A DNA stretch of 35,871 nt. Source: Mariprofundaceae bacterium. Lineage in GTDB: Bacteria > Pseudomonadota > Zetaproteobacteria > Mariprofundales > Mariprofundaceae. The stretch covers positions 1 to 35,871 of the forward strand of contig JAUZQL010000054.1 in NCBI GenBank assembly GCA_030950975.1. Direction: 5' to 3'. The position numbers and the translations under genes were made by a program. Positions 10,393-21,114 of the stretch are shown in pieces (the first letter of the stretch is position 1; each line of letters starts with the position of its first letter). The notes under the pieces were generated by a model. The model ran no database searches and had not been told where the DNA came from. It saw only the letters and a list, made by a program, of their open reading frames with translations.

Positions 10393-11834
10393 GATGTTGT
10401 ATCCTTTGTTGGATTGAAATGTTGGGCTTGTGCCAATGCAACCGAGTTAAACATCGCACTGGCTTTATTGACGCACTCTTGATGTTCTTTTTCAGCCACA
10501 GAATCGGCGACAATACCCGCTCCAGCTTGCACATAAATCATATCATTTTGAATGACCGCCGTGCGAATAATAATGGCTGTATCCATCGTTTCACCACCGA
10601 AGGAAATATGCCCAATACATCCACCATAAGGGCCACGTGGTTCAGCTTCTTGTTCTTGTATAATTTGCATGGCACGAATTTTAGGTGCGCCAGAGAGCGT
10701 ACCAGCGGGGAAGGTCGCCGCCAATAAATCCAACGCATCCACATCGTGGCGCAAGCTTCCTTCCACTTGTGAAACAATGTGCATGACATGGGAGTAACGC
10801 TCTACACGCATCGATTCAGAGACTTGAACTGTGCCAAATTCGCAGACTCGACCCAAATCATTGCGCCCCAAATCCACAAGCATGACATGTTCAGCCGTTT
10901 CCTTGGTATCTGCAAGAAGTTCTTTTTCCAGTGCCATATCTTCTGCGCTGGAAGTACCTCGTGGACGTGTGCCAGCAATCGGTCGAACAATGCCACGATT
11001 GCCCTCTTTTTTGACCAAAGTTTCAGGTGATGAGCCAATCAAAATAGTGTCATCCACATGCAAATAAAATAAATACGGTGAAGGATTAATATGACGAACA
11101 GCACGATAAATCGAAAGTGGATCGCATGTTAGTGGTGCTGAAAAACGCTGCGATAACACCACTTGGAAAATATCACCTGATAAAATGTATTCTTTGGCTT
11201 GATTGACCATATGTTCATAGTTGGCTTGACTAAGATGGGATTGCGGTCGTTCTACGTCCGAAAGATTCATGTCTAAACGCATAGATTCAGGCAACTGTGC
11301 TTTGGCAATACGTGTTTCCATGCTATCCAACAAAACACTGGCATGGTGTGCATCTGAATCTAAGACGCATAAATGCATCACCCCATGCAAACTATCCATG
11401 ATGACAAAACGATCCACAATCATATAGGCAGCCAGTGTGCTATCAGGAATATCACTTTTGATACCTGCTTCAAAATGATGCACCATATCGTACGCAAAAT
11501 AACCCACTGCACCGCCAGCAAAGGGTAAATCATCGGCATCTTGCATGACATCTTTCTCAATGACCTGTTCGCGCAACCATGTTTGCATATCACTGGAAAG
11601 AATATCTGTTTCACCAGAGCGATGGCGCAGATGTAGTTTACCCTGTTTTTCAACAGCGACTGTGGCAGGCGCAAAACCTAAAATACTATAACGCCCCCAA
11701 TGTTCACCACCTTCAGCACTTTCAAACAAGAAACAATCTTGTTCACCACGCAGGCAATAAAATAGTGCAACAGGGGTGTTGCAATCAGCAGATAGCGTAC
11801 GACGAAATAATTTCACAGTGGGTTCTTTCCTCAT
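10389..11834 (-). CDS. trpE: Anthranilate synthase component I
   Basis: The 481-aa ORF has chorismate-binding motifs: [50 protein letters not shown] and GAGIVADS. Confidence 0.95.
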   Translation of the reverse strand: MRKEPTVKLFRRTLSADCNTPVALFYCLRGEQDCFLFESAEGGEHWGRYSILGFAPATVAVEKQGKLHLRHRSGETDILSSDMQTWLREQVIEKDVMQDADDLPFAGGAVGYFAYDMVHHFEAGIKSDIPDSTLAAYMIVDRFVIMDSLHGVMHLCVLDSDAHHASVLLDSMETRIAKAQLPESMRLDMNLSDVERPQSHLSQANYEHMVNQAKEYILSGDIFQVVLSQRFSAPLTCDPLSIYRAVRHINPSPYLFYLHVDDTILIGSSPETLVKKEGNRGIVRPIAGTRPRGTSSAEDMALEKELLADTKETAEHVMLVDLGRNDLGRVCEFGTVQVSESMRVERYSHVMHIVSQVEGSLRHDVDALDLLAATFPAGTLSGAPKIRAMQIIQEQEAEPRGPYGGCIGHISFGGETMDTAIIIRTAVIQNDMIYVQAGAGIVADSVAEKEHQECVNKASAMFNSVALAQAQHFNPTKDTTS

Positions 11835-12123
11835 ATTTTAAAAAACGGCGGAAGATTAACACTGTATCTATAAAAAACCGACTATCTAAATAGTTCCCTT
11901 TTCAAACGGTTTGGATATTGCTTTACGTTGTCATATCTAGGAGTCTTGCGAACCATGATATCATTGATTATTTTCATGACTCTGCGTGAAAATACCAATA
12001 CACAAGGTCATCAATTTATTATCATTCAGACCTTTGTAGAAATATTGAACCCTATATTCTATGTGTAACATCAATATATAAAAAATACAGTTCAAAAATA
12101 AAAATAATATGTGAGGAAAATAT

Positions 12124-14619
12124 ATGGACGAAGTTCTAAATCCAGCAACACCTATTCTGATTGAAGATGAGATGAAACACTCCTATTTAGATTATGCGAT
12201 GAGTGTCATTATCGGACGTGCATTGCCTGATGCCCGCGATGGTTTGAAGCCTGTGCATCGTCGTATTTTGTATGCCATGCAAGATTTGGGTTGTACGCAT
12301 GAGAAGCCGTATAAAAAATCCGCCCGTGTCGTCGGTGATGTGATTGGTAAATATCATCCACATGGTGATACAGCCGTTTATGATGCTATGGTACGGATGG
12401 CACAAGCTTGGAGTATGGGTCATGTATTGATTGATGGGCAGGGTAACTTTGGTTCAGTGGATGGTGATTCACCTGCTGCCATGCGTTATACTGAATCACG
12501 CATGAGTAAACTTTCATCTGAGTTACTGGCTGATATTGATAAAGATACCATCGATTTTGGACCAAACTATGATGGTTCATTGTCCGAACCCAAAGTGTTA
12601 CCTGCTAAATTCCCATGTTTATTGGTCAATGGTTCACAAGGTATTGCTGTGGGCATGGCAACCAATATTCCTCCCCATAATTTGAAGGAAACAATCGATG
12701 CAACTCTTGCGTTAATTGATAACCCCAATGTCGATGATGATGCCTTGATGCAACTGATGCCAGGCCCTGATTTTCCAACAGGTGGCTTTATTTATGGTCG
12801 TAAAGGTATGCGTGATGCCTTCCTTACAGGACGTGGATCAGTCACCATGCGTGCCAAAGCATCGGTAGAAACGCATGCTCGCACCAAACGATCAGCATTG
12901 ATTATTTCAGAGCTACCTTATCAAGTAAATAAGGCTAAATTGATTGTTCATATTGCTCATTTGGTTCGTGATAAGAAAATTGAAGGTATTTCTGAACTTC
13001 GTGATGAATCTGATCGACAAGGGATGCGCATTTACATTGAATTGAAGCGCAATGAAATTCCAGAAGTCATCTTAAATAATCTTTATAAACAAACTCAATT
13101 ACAATGTAATTTTAGCTGCAATATGTTAGCACTTTTGGATGGTCAGCCTAAATTATGTGGTGTGCGTGAATTATTACTTCACTTTATTGATCACCGTCGC
13201 CAAGTTGTTACACGTCGCTGCTTGTTTGATTTAAATAAAGCCGAAGCACGCGCTCATATTTTACAAGGTTTGTTGATTGCTTTGGATAGCATTGATGCGG
13301 TTATTAAATTGATTCGCGGAAGTCAAACAGGTGCTGAAGCGAAAACAGGCTTAATCGATACATTTGGCTTGTCCGATAAACAATCGCAAGCGATTTTAGA
13401 TATGCGTTTACAACGTTTAACGGGTTTGGAATACGATAAAATTAAGCGTGAATTTGAAGATATTCAAGTGATTATCACACGCTTAAAAGTCATTTTAGCC
13501 GACCAAAGTGAATTGATGAAAGTCATTCGCACGGAACTGGTAGAACTTTGTGAGAAATATTCGAATCCTCGTCGTTCTGAAATCATGGATGAAACATCTG
13601 AATTATCTATGGAAGATTTGATTACCGAAGAAGATATGGTGGTCACGATTTCCAATGAAGGTTATATCAAGCGGAATGCAACCAGTCTTTATCGTGCGCA
13701 ACGCCGTGGTGGTAAAGGCAAAACAGCCATGACCACCAAAGAAGAAGATTTTGTTACCCAATTAATGGTGGCATCAACGCATGATTATCTATTGTTTTTC
13801 TCTGATAAAGGGCGTGTTTTCCTCAAAAAAGTCTATGACTTACCACAAGCAGGACGTGCAACACGCGGTAAGGCTTTGATTAACTTATTACCCGTTGAAA
13901 AGAATGAAAAAATTTCAGCAACCTTGGCAATTCGTGAATTTGATGATGACCATTTTATTGTCATGGGTACGAAAAAAGGTGTCGTAAAGAAAACCAAGCT
14001 CTCTGAATATAAAAATATTCGTAGCAATGGCATTATTGCTATCAGACTCGATGATGATGATGAATTGGTAGGTGTGATTCGCTCCAATGGTGAACAGGAT
14101 ATTATGTTGGCATCCAGTGGCGGCAAACTGATTCGTTTTGCTGAAACAGATGTTCGTTCTATGGGTCGTAGTACGCGTGGTGTCACAGGTATGCGTTTAG
14201 CTGAAGGTAATACAGTCATTTCTATGACCTTGGTGGCTGAAAAAGCATCTTTGTTGGTGGTGTCTGAACATGGCTATGGTAAACGTACCTTGATTTCAGA
14301 ATACAACCGTCAAAAACGTGGTGGGCAAGGTGTCTTCACACTCAAAACAGGTGATCGCAATGGTGCGATGGTGGCATCTCTTCAAGTCTTAGATGATGAT
14401 CAAGTCATGATAATGACGGATACAGGTCGTTTAATGCGCATGAAAATGAATGGTATTTCTGTGATTGGTCGCAATACACAAGGTGTAACCTTGATCAAGT
14501 GCAATAAAAAAGAACGTGTGATTGGTGCTGTGCGTGTCCTCGAAAAACAAGATGACGATGATGTTGAAATGGATGAATCTCAGGGTGATGTTGAGGGTCA
14601 TGTTGGTGATGAAGCATGA
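12124..14619 (+). CDS. gyrA: DNA gyrase subunit A
   Basis: The 831-aa ORF has GAGGA 7 nt upstream of the ATG. It contains [14 protein letters not shown], the QRDR sequence [24 protein letters not shown], the active-site AAMRYTE, beta-pinwheel repeats in the C-terminal domain, and an acidic tail. Confidence 0.97.
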   Translation: MDEVLNPATPILIEDEMKHSYLDYAMSVIIGRALPDARDGLKPVHRRILYAMQDLGCTHEKPYKKSARVVGDVIGKYHPHGDTAVYDAMVRMAQAWSMGHVLIDGQGNFGSVDGDSPAAMRYTESRMSKLSSELLADIDKDTIDFGPNYDGSLSEPKVLPAKFPCLLVNGSQGIAVGMATNIPPHNLKETIDATLALIDNPNVDDDALMQLMPGPDFPTGGFIYGRKGMRDAFLTGRGSVTMRAKASVETHARTKRSALIISELPYQVNKAKLIVHIAHLVRDKKIEGISELRDESDRQGMRIYIELKRNEIPEVILNNLYKQTQLQCNFSCNMLALLDGQPKLCGVRELLLHFIDHRRQVVTRRCLFDLNKAEARAHILQGLLIALDSIDAVIKLIRGSQTGAEAKTGLIDTFGLSDKQSQAILDMRLQRLTGLEYDKIKREFEDIQVIITRLKVILADQSELMKVIRTELVELCEKYSNPRRSEIMDETSELSMEDLITEEDMVVTISNEGYIKRNATSLYRAQRRGGKGKTAMTTKEEDFVTQLMVASTHDYLLFFSDKGRVFLKKVYDLPQAGRATRGKALINLLPVEKNEKISATLAIREFDDDHFIVMGTKKGVVKKTKLSEYKNIRSNGIIAIRLDDDDELVGVIRSNGEQDIMLASSGGKLIRFAETDVRSMGRSTRGVTGMRLAEGNTVISMTLVAEKASLLVVSEHGYGKRTLISEYNRQKRGGQGVFTLKTGDRNGAMVASLQVLDDDQVMIMTDTGRLMRMKMNGISVIGRNTQGVTLIKCNKKERVIGAVRVLEKQDDDDVEMDESQGDVEGHVGDEA

Positions 14620-15899
14620 TTGATCGCAAAGCATTTCGTCAAAACTTTGAAGTCATGCAGGCAGGCTTAGCTCGACGCAACTCCGATTTGCTTGCTGAAG
14701 GCTCTGCTTGGTCAAAAGCCAAAGACTTGGATATTGCTCAACGTGACATCAAAGCCAAATCCGAAGCTTTGCAAGCTGAACGCAACAGCGTCTCTAAAAT
14801 GATTGGTGAAAAGAAACGTGCGGGTGAAGATGTTTCAGATATCATGAAAAAGATGAGTGAAGCTGCCAAAGCGGTAAAAGTCTTGGATACTCAAGCCAAA
14901 GAAGCGGAAGAAGCCTTTGTGTCTGCTTTGATGGAAATTCCCAATATTCCGGATGATTCTGTACCTGATGGTGCAGATGAAACAAGCAATATTGAGATTC
15001 GCCGCTGGGGAAATCCTCGCCAAGATGAGGTTCCACCCCATTGGGATATTGGCGAATCTTTGGGTATTTTAGATTTTGATGCAGGTGTCAAATTGGCAGG
15101 TAGTCGGTTTTCTGTCATTCGTGGTGTGGGCGCACGTTTAGAACGTGGTTTGATGCAATTCATGTTGGATATGCATGTGGATCAACATGGTTATGAAGAA
15201 GTTTGGGTACCTGCCATTGCCAATCGAAAAACCTTAACGGGAACTGGTCAACTGCCTAAATTTGAAGATGATTTGTATCGACTTGAAGGGGAAGATGCTT
15301 TTCTGATTCCCACCGCTGAAGTACCTGTCACCAATCTTTATCAAGATGATATTTTGAATCCATCATCCTTACCGATTAAACATTGTGCTTACACGCCATG
15401 TTTTCGCCGTGAAGCAGGTTCAGCAGGGCGAGATACACGTGGTATGATTCGTCAACATCAATTTGATAAAGTGGAAATGGTGCAGTTGGTACATCCTGAT
15501 GATGCACTGACAAGCTTAGATGAGATTACAAACCATGCCGCAGCAATTTTAGAAGCCTTGGACTTGCCTTATCGTGTGGTGAATTTATGCGCAGGTGATA
15601 TTGGTTTTTCAGCTCAAAAAACATACGACCTTGAGGTTTGGCTGCCGAGTCAATCATGCTACCGTGAAATTTCTTCATGTTCATCGTTTGGTCAATTTCA
15701 AGGGCGACGTGCAGGTATTCGTTTTCGTTCCGAATCGGGTAAACCCGAAGCTGTGGCAACGCTCAATGGTTCAGGTTTAGCCATTGGACGTACGTTGGTA
15801 GCAATTCTCGAAAATGGTTGGCAAGCCGATGGTTCGGTCATCATTCCGAAAGTATTGCGCCCCTATGTGGGCAATTTGGAACGTATTGAAGCATCCTGA
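14616..15899 (+). CDS. serS: Serine--tRNA ligase
   Basis: The 427-aa ORF has an N-terminal coiled-coil arm and class II motifs ([52 protein letters not shown]). Its ATG overlaps the gyrA stop (ATGA at 14616-14619). Confidence 0.97.
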   Translation: MIDRKAFRQNFEVMQAGLARRNSDLLAEGSAWSKAKDLDIAQRDIKAKSEALQAERNSVSKMIGEKKRAGEDVSDIMKKMSEAAKAVKVLDTQAKEAEEAFVSALMEIPNIPDDSVPDGADETSNIEIRRWGNPRQDEVPPHWDIGESLGILDFDAGVKLAGSRFSVIRGVGARLERGLMQFMLDMHVDQHGYEEVWVPAIANRKTLTGTGQLPKFEDDLYRLEGEDAFLIPTAEVPVTNLYQDDILNPSSLPIKHCAYTPCFRREAGSAGRDTRGMIRQHQFDKVEMVQLVHPDDALTSLDEITNHAAAILEALDLPYRVVNLCAGDIGFSAQKTYDLEVWLPSQSCYREISSCSSFGQFQGRRAGIRFRSESGKPEAVATLNGSGLAIGRTLVAILENGWQADGSVIIPKVLRPYVGNLERIEAS

Positions 15900-15904
15900 A
15901 CTGC

Positions 15905-16651
15905 ATGAATGAGCACATCAAGATAGAAGCTTCTTGGAAGCATGTTTTATCGGACGCTTTCAAGAAGTCTTCCATGCATGACTTGCGTGTTTTTTTATGC
16001 CAACGTCAACAAGAGGGTGCGAAGATTTATCCACCAAACCATGATTTTTTTTCAGCTTTTAATATCACCCCCTTTGAACAAGTGAAGGTTGTGATTTTGG
16101 GGCAAGATCCTTATCACGGCGAAGGTCAGGCACATGGTTTATGTTTTTCCGTTGCACCTCATGTGCCTTTACCGCCGTCACTGAGTAATATTTTCAAAGA
16201 ACTAAGCGATGATTTGCATATCCCTATGCCCGAACATGGCTGTTTAACGCATTGGGCAAGGCAAGGTGTTTTATTGTTAAATAGTGTATTGACAGTAGAG
16301 AAAGGCAAAGCCAATGCACACCAAGGTCAAGGTTGGGAAACATTTACAGATGATGTCATTGCAGTGTTGAACGAAAAAAAAGAACACATCGTGTTTATTT
16401 TATGGGGTGCTTATGCGCAAAAAAAAGCATCTTTTGTGGATGAAAATAAACATTTGATGATCAAAGCACCTCATCCTTCACCTCTTTCATCGTACCGAGG
16501 ATTTTTTGGTCAACATTATTTCTCGCGTATCAATGAAGATTTACAAGAGCATGGCATGGCAGCGATTGATTGGCAGTTACCAGCTTTAGAAGAAGCCAAA
16601 CAACAATTCCGAAGTATTGAACAAATGAACCAGACGGTATTGCATGACTGA
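15905..16651 (+). CDS. ung: Uracil-DNA glycosylase (family 1)
   Basis: The 248-aa ORF contains VVILGQDPYHGEGQAHGLCFSV and the HPSPLS motif. It begins 5 nt after the serS stop. Confidence 0.95.
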   Translation: MNEHIKIEASWKHVLSDAFKKSSMHDLRVFLCQRQQEGAKIYPPNHDFFSAFNITPFEQVKVVILGQDPYHGEGQAHGLCFSVAPHVPLPPSLSNIFKELSDDLHIPMPEHGCLTHWARQGVLLLNSVLTVEKGKANAHQGQGWETFTDDVIAVLNEKKEHIVFILWGAYAQKKASFVDENKHLMIKAPHPSPLSSYRGFFGQHYFSRINEDLQEHGMAAIDWQLPALEEAKQQFRSIEQMNQTVLHD

Positions 16652-18158
16652 TATTTTACTCACCACACTCAATGCACGTTATGTTCATACATCGATTGGT
16701 TTACGTTATTTATTGGCGAATCTTCATGAGCTTCAAACACAAAGTGAGATCATGGAATTTACCATCAATGACCAAGTGCAAGATATTGCGGAACAATTGC
16801 TTGCAAAACAGCCCCGCATCATTGGTTTGGGTGTGTATATTTGGAATGCCCTTGAAATATCCGCATTGATTGAAACATTGAAAAAAGTTTCCCCTGAAAC
16901 CATCTTGGTACTCGGTGGTCCTGAAGTCAGTTATACACCCATACGTGTCAATATGGATGCTGCGGATGTCATCATTCAGGGTGAAGGTGAATGGGCTTTT
17001 TATGATGTGTGTAAAAAAATATTACTGGGTGATATGCCAGAAAATCGCATCATCAAAGCTGATGTCGTTCCTTTGGATAATCTTGTTTTACCTTATCGTT
17101 TTTACACCGATGAGGATGTAAAACACCGTTATATGTATGTGGAAGCATCACGGGGTTGCCCATTTGCATGTGAATTTTGTTTATCTTCGATGGATAATCG
17201 CGTGCGTAACTTATTCATTGATAAGCTTTTAGATGAGTTTGAAATGCTTTGGCAACGTGGGGTGCGAAGCTTTAAGTTTATTGATCGAACGTTTAATTTA
17301 AATCCTCGTATTTCCAATAAAATTTTGGATTTCTTTCTTGCCAAAAACGAGCCTTATTTTGCTCATTTTGAAGTCATTCCCGATCACTTTCCTGCAAGTA
17401 TCAAAGAACGTATTGGACAGTTTCCACCTGCTTCTTTGCAGTTGGAAATAGGTATTCAAACCTTAAACCCTGTGGTGGCTGAACGTGTGCATCGCAAGCT
17501 TAATCTTGAGAAAATTAAAGAAAATATCGCTTATTTATCTCATAAAACGAAAGCTCACATGCACCTTGATTTGATTGTCGGCTTACCGGGTGAAGATTTA
17601 AATAGCTTTGGTCAAGGCTTAAACCAACTCTGTGCGCTTACTGATGCGGAGATTCAAATTGGTATTTTGAAGAATCTATCAGGCACGAGTTTATCACGTC
17701 ATAATGAGGCGTGGGGCATGATTTATTCAGATAGGCCACCGTATGATATTTTGAAAAATAGTGTCTTATCCTTTGAGGATATTCAAAATATGAAACGCTT
17801 TGCACGCTTTTGGAATCTGTATCGCAACAGTGGGAATTTTAAAACATCGTTAGCTTATCTTTACGCTGATGATGATGTATTTATGGGATTTTTTAATTTT
17901 TCAACATGGGTTTACCAACAAACACAATCGACTTGGAAGATTTCATTAGAACGTTTGGCAAAACTGTTGTTTGATTATTTAAGCCAAGCAAAAAATATCT
18001 CTAAACCATTGATTGCGGATGCCTTATCGAATGATTTAATGAAACTTGAAGGGCGCGTGTTGCCGAATTTCTTAAAACCCTTTGTAGCGTATATTCCCAA
18101 AGTAAAACAGAAAAAAGTATCAGGGCACAGTAAACGCCAGCAAAGACATATTCTTTAA
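16644..18158 (+). CDS. B12-binding-domain radical SAM protein with a DUF4080-like C-terminal domain (function unknown)
   Basis: The 504-aa ORF has an N-terminal cobalamin-binding-like Rossmann region (IIGLGVYIWN..LVLGGPEVS) and the radical SAM cluster motif ASRGCPFACEFC (CxxxCxxC). The C-terminal region (RFARFWNLYRNSGNF..) is what I recall as DUF4080. It ends in a very basic tail, KVKQKKVSGHSKRQQRHIL. The ATG at 16644 overlaps the ung stop by 8 nt (ATGACTGA). Confidence 0.85.
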   Translation: MTDILLTTLNARYVHTSIGLRYLLANLHELQTQSEIMEFTINDQVQDIAEQLLAKQPRIIGLGVYIWNALEISALIETLKKVSPETILVLGGPEVSYTPIRVNMDAADVIIQGEGEWAFYDVCKKILLGDMPENRIIKADVVPLDNLVLPYRFYTDEDVKHRYMYVEASRGCPFACEFCLSSMDNRVRNLFIDKLLDEFEMLWQRGVRSFKFIDRTFNLNPRISNKILDFFLAKNEPYFAHFEVIPDHFPASIKERIGQFPPASLQLEIGIQTLNPVVAERVHRKLNLEKIKENIAYLSHKTKAHMHLDLIVGLPGEDLNSFGQGLNQLCALTDAEIQIGILKNLSGTSLSRHNEAWGMIYSDRPPYDILKNSVLSFEDIQNMKRFARFWNLYRNSGNFKTSLAYLYADDDVFMGFFNFSTWVYQQTQSTWKISLERLAKLLFDYLSQAKNISKPLIADALSNDLMKLEGRVLPNFLKPFVAYIPKVKQKKVSGHSKRQQRHIL

Positions 18159-18200
18159 GTTTACAAACTGATATGAGGTACATCGTCATGTCAGAAATAG

Positions 18201-19523
18201 TTACAATAAAGCTTTCAAAAGACCTGCTGCTTTATGTTCAGTTTCAATCTTTTCTAATTGGGCATTCGAATCAGCCACAATACCTGCACCTGCTGCCCAC
18301 TGTAAATGATTGTTCTCGTGCCAAAAACTACGAATGATAATATTAAAATCGGCACTGCCATCCCAAGCAATATAGCCTAGACTTCCTGTATAAGGCCCAC
18401 GCGCTTGATGTTCCATCTCATGAATAATTTCCATGCAACGCACTTTGGGGCAGCCTGTAATGGTGCCTCCAGGAAACATGGCTTGAAATAAATCAATGAC
18501 ATCATATTGCTTATCAAGCTGACCCCGAATATTGGAAACAATGTGTTGCACGGTTGGATACTTCTCAACGCTCATCAACTCATTGACTTCGATACTTCCT
18601 GCTTCACAGACTCGCCCTAAATCATTTCGTTCTAAATCGACTAGCATAATATGTTCAGCCCGTTCTTTATCGGATAATAACAACTCATCATGCAAGGCTT
18701 GATCGGCATCGCCATGACTACGCTTACGTGTGCCAGCAATAGGGCGTGTTTCAGCTATACCTTCTTTGGATAAAGAGAATAAACGCTCAGGCGATGAAGA
18801 AATGAGTGTAAAATCATCGAGCTGAAAAAAACAAGAAAAGGGTGCCGAATTGACCTTTCTTAATTGCGCATATAAATCAAGCAATGAGCTTTTGGGAAAG
18901 CAACTTTGCCAAAAACGTGCAATATTGACTTGAAAGACATCACCTGATGCGATGTATTCTTTCACACGTTCCACAGCTTCAGGGTAATCACTTTTACCAT
19001 TTTCTTGTATCGAAATAGTGTCAGGAAGAGAGGGAGAAGCTAAAGCATTGAATGCCAATGATGTTTTATCAAGCATGCTTTCAAGCTCATCTAAGTGCGC
19101 TTCACTGATTGAGGATGCGAGATGTATTTTTTCATCTTCAGCTTGAAAACATAAGCTCCAATCAGGTTCATGCAAACACAACATACCCGTTGAAGATTTG
19201 CTTTTTGCTTGAGGTAAACGTTCCAATAAGGTTGATACTTCATACGACGCATAAACAAGATGCTGAATGGCAGGAAAATCAATGTTCTTCCGAGTTAGTT
19301 TTGATTTCCACGATGAAAAAAAGACTTCGGCATCAAGAGGGTTTTGTAACCATGTGGTACGACCCTTTTTAGAAACAATAAATTGATAACCACGACCTTT
19401 AGGATCTTCCAATATCGCCGCACATTGTTCAGAAAAAGAAAAGAACACTTCATGAGCATGAAGTGTTCTTTTAAGTGTTCGTGTAAAGAGTGAACGCTTA
19501 CTTTTTTGTGTTGAACTAGCCAA
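18201..19523 (-). CDS. pabB: Chorismate-utilising enzyme of the TrpE/PabB family, most likely aminodeoxychorismate synthase component I
   Basis: The 440-aa ORF contains GDVFQVNIARF, SSPERLF, PIAGTRKR, LVDLERNDLGRV, FPGGTITGCPKVRCMEII and GAGIVADS. The track start is a TTG (19523..19521) overlapping fabF by 8 nt. The next in-frame alternative is a GTG about 25 codons downstream, so the start is uncertain. Confidence 0.75.
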   Translation of the reverse strand: MASSTQKSKRSLFTRTLKRTLHAHEVFFSFSEQCAAILEDPKGRGYQFIVSKKGRTTWLQNPLDAEVFFSSWKSKLTRKNIDFPAIQHLVYASYEVSTLLERLPQAKSKSSTGMLCLHEPDWSLCFQAEDEKIHLASSISEAHLDELESMLDKTSLAFNALASPSLPDTISIQENGKSDYPEAVERVKEYIASGDVFQVNIARFWQSCFPKSSLLDLYAQLRKVNSAPFSCFFQLDDFTLISSSPERLFSLSKEGIAETRPIAGTRKRSHGDADQALHDELLLSDKERAEHIMLVDLERNDLGRVCEAGSIEVNELMSVEKYPTVQHIVSNIRGQLDKQYDVIDLFQAMFPGGTITGCPKVRCMEIIHEMEHQARGPYTGSLGYIAWDGSADFNIIIRSFWHENNHLQWAAGAGIVADSNAQLEKIETEHKAAGLLKALL

Positions 19524-20760
19524 ATTTGCGAATAATCAAGGATGCATTGGTACCACCAAATCCAAAGGAGTTGGAAATAGCAACATCAATATTCACATCA
19601 CGCGCCGTATGTGGCACATAATCCAAGGGACACTTCGGATCTTGCTTGTCCAAATTGATCGTTGGAGGAACAATGCCATGTTGAATAGCTAAGACAGAAA
19701 ATGCAGCTTCAATACCACCTGTTGCGCCCAGTAAATGCCCTGTCATGGATTTAGTAGATGAGACCATCAATTTAGATGCGTGATTACCAAAGACCGACTG
19801 AATACCTTGTGTTTCACAAACATCACCACCCAATGTTGATGTTCCATGAGCATTGATATAATCAACATCTTCAGGATTCAAATGCGCACGTTTTAATGCA
19901 TTTTCCATGCACTTCGCACCACCTGAACCTTCTGGCGCTGGTGTGGTGATGTGATAAGCATCTGCGGACATACCATAGCCTACAATTTCAGCTAAAATAT
20001 TTGCGCCACGTGCTTCAGCAGAAGCTAACGATTCAAGCATTAACACACCTGAACCTTCACCCATAATAAAGCCATCCCGATCAACATCCCAAGGTCGACA
20101 TGCTTTTTCTGGGTCATCATTGCGTGTGGATAATGCACGTGCTGCGGAAAAACCACCTACAGCCAATTCACAAATACAAGCTTCTGAACCACCTGCAAAT
20201 ATCGCATCGGCATCGCCACGAACAATCATTTCATAAGCATCACCAATGGCATGTGTGCCTGTAGCACATGCACTTACAGGTGAAATATTAGGGCCTTTAG
20301 CACCCGTTAACATGGAGACCCATCCTGAAACCATATTGATAATGGTCATGGGAATAAAGAATGGTGATATTTTACGAGCGCCACCTTTTTCATAAGCACG
20401 CATGGTGCGCTCAATCGCAGGCATGCCACCAATACCAGAACCAATGACAACACCCACACGATCTTCATTTTTTTCATTGATTTCTAAACCCGATTGCTCC
20501 AATGCCATTTGAGCTGCGCCAACGGCATAATGAATAAATGTATCCATTTTTCGAGCATCTTTACGGTTTACAAAATCATTCACATCGAAGTCACGAACTT
20601 CACCTGCAATAGTACAAGCCATGCCTGCTGCTTCGGCATCAAAATGACTGATTCGTGAAATGCCAGATTTTCCTGAAATAAGATTATTCCAAGTTTTATC
20701 CGTACCTGTACCAAGTGGTGTAACCAGCCCGATACCCGTGACAACGACGCGGTTTGTCAT
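19516..20760 (-). CDS. fabF: Beta-ketoacyl-ACP synthase II
   Basis: The 414-aa ORF has the active-site sequence SPVSACATG, the HxxxH..GH pattern (INAHGTST.., SMTGHLLGA) and C-terminal SNSFGFGGTNASL. It begins 2 nt after acpP. Confidence 0.95.
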   Translation of the reverse strand: MTNRVVVTGIGLVTPLGTGTDKTWNNLISGKSGISRISHFDAEAAGMACTIAGEVRDFDVNDFVNRKDARKMDTFIHYAVGAAQMALEQSGLEINEKNEDRVGVVIGSGIGGMPAIERTMRAYEKGGARKISPFFIPMTIINMVSGWVSMLTGAKGPNISPVSACATGTHAIGDAYEMIVRGDADAIFAGGSEACICELAVGGFSAARALSTRNDDPEKACRPWDVDRDGFIMGEGSGVLMLESLASAEARGANILAEIVGYGMSADAYHITTPAPEGSGGAKCMENALKRAHLNPEDVDYINAHGTSTLGGDVCETQGIQSVFGNHASKLMVSSTKSMTGHLLGATGGIEAAFSVLAIQHGIVPPTINLDKQDPKCPLDYVPHTARDVNIDVAISNSFGFGGTNASLIIRKFG

Positions 20761-20762
20761 AA

Positions 20763-21002
20763 TTACTCAGCCTTTGCTGCTACGTAATCAATAGCGTTTT
20801 GAACGCTTTGAATTTTTTCTGCATCATCATCTGGAATTTCTACGCCAAACTCTTCTTCAAAAGCCATGACCAATTCAACTGTATCCAATGAATCTGCACC
20901 CAAATCATCAACAAATGATGAATCTGAATTGATCTCGCTCTCATCAACATTGAGTTGATCGGCAACAATTTTAATAATTTTACTTTCGATTTCTGCAGAC
21001 AT
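20763..21002 (-). CDS. acpP: Acyl carrier protein
   Basis: The 79-aa ORF has the phosphopantetheine site [21 protein letters not shown] strong SD, GGGAGGA, lies 5 nt upstream of the ATG. Confidence 0.97.
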   Translation of the reverse strand: MSAEIESKIIKIVADQLNVDESEINSDSSFVDDLGADSLDTVELVMAFEEEFGVEIPDDDAEKIQSVQNAIDYVAAKAE

Positions 21003-21032
21003 ATTAGTCCTCCCTAACGAATTTAAATGCGG

Positions 21033-21061
21033 CTTCTAAACATGGCTTAAAAACCTGTCAA
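21033..21061 (-). promoter_or_regulatory. Candidate sigma70 promoter for acpP
   Basis: The minus strand reads TTGACA (21061..21056), a 17-nt spacer, then TAGAAG (21038..21033). It lies about 30 nt upstream of the acpP SD and just downstream of the fabG hairpin. This is a sequence match only. Confidence 0.3.
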
Positions 21062-21085
21062 GAAGCTTCCATGCATCTGTGCGAC

Positions 21086-21112
21086 AAAAAACTTTCATCC
21101 CACAGGATGAAA
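21086..21112 (-). terminator. Rho-independent terminator/attenuator hairpin directly after fabG
   Basis: The minus-strand RNA has an 8-bp stem (UUUCAUCC / GGAUGAAA; 21112..21105 pairs with 21100..21093) and a 4-nt loop. It is followed by G and UUUUUU (21091..21086). It starts 2 nt after the fabG TAG stop codon. Confidence 0.55.
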
Positions 21113-21114
21113 TC

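Noticed and set aside
11835-12123. Looked for a trp leader peptide/attenuator upstream of trpE, and for a 37-aa sORF (11955..12068, +) with AGGAG 11 nt upstream ahead of gyrA
   Set aside because: No tandem Trp codons occur on the minus strand, because there is no CCACCA on the plus strand. The only small minus-strand ORF (31 aa) has no Trp, and no terminator/antiterminator pair is evident. The plus-strand sORF sits in very AT-rich DNA, has a long SD spacing and lacks any supporting feature. The 10-bp palindrome ATGATATCAT at 11955-11964 is of a length expected many times by chance.
12340-12411. The GyrA QRDR has Thr at the position equivalent to E. coli Ser83 ([10 protein letters not shown]), a possible quinolone-resistance substitution
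   Set aside because: Thr at this position is the native, susceptible residue in many Proteobacteria such as Pseudomonas, and the Asp87 equivalent is unchanged. This is not evidence of resistance.
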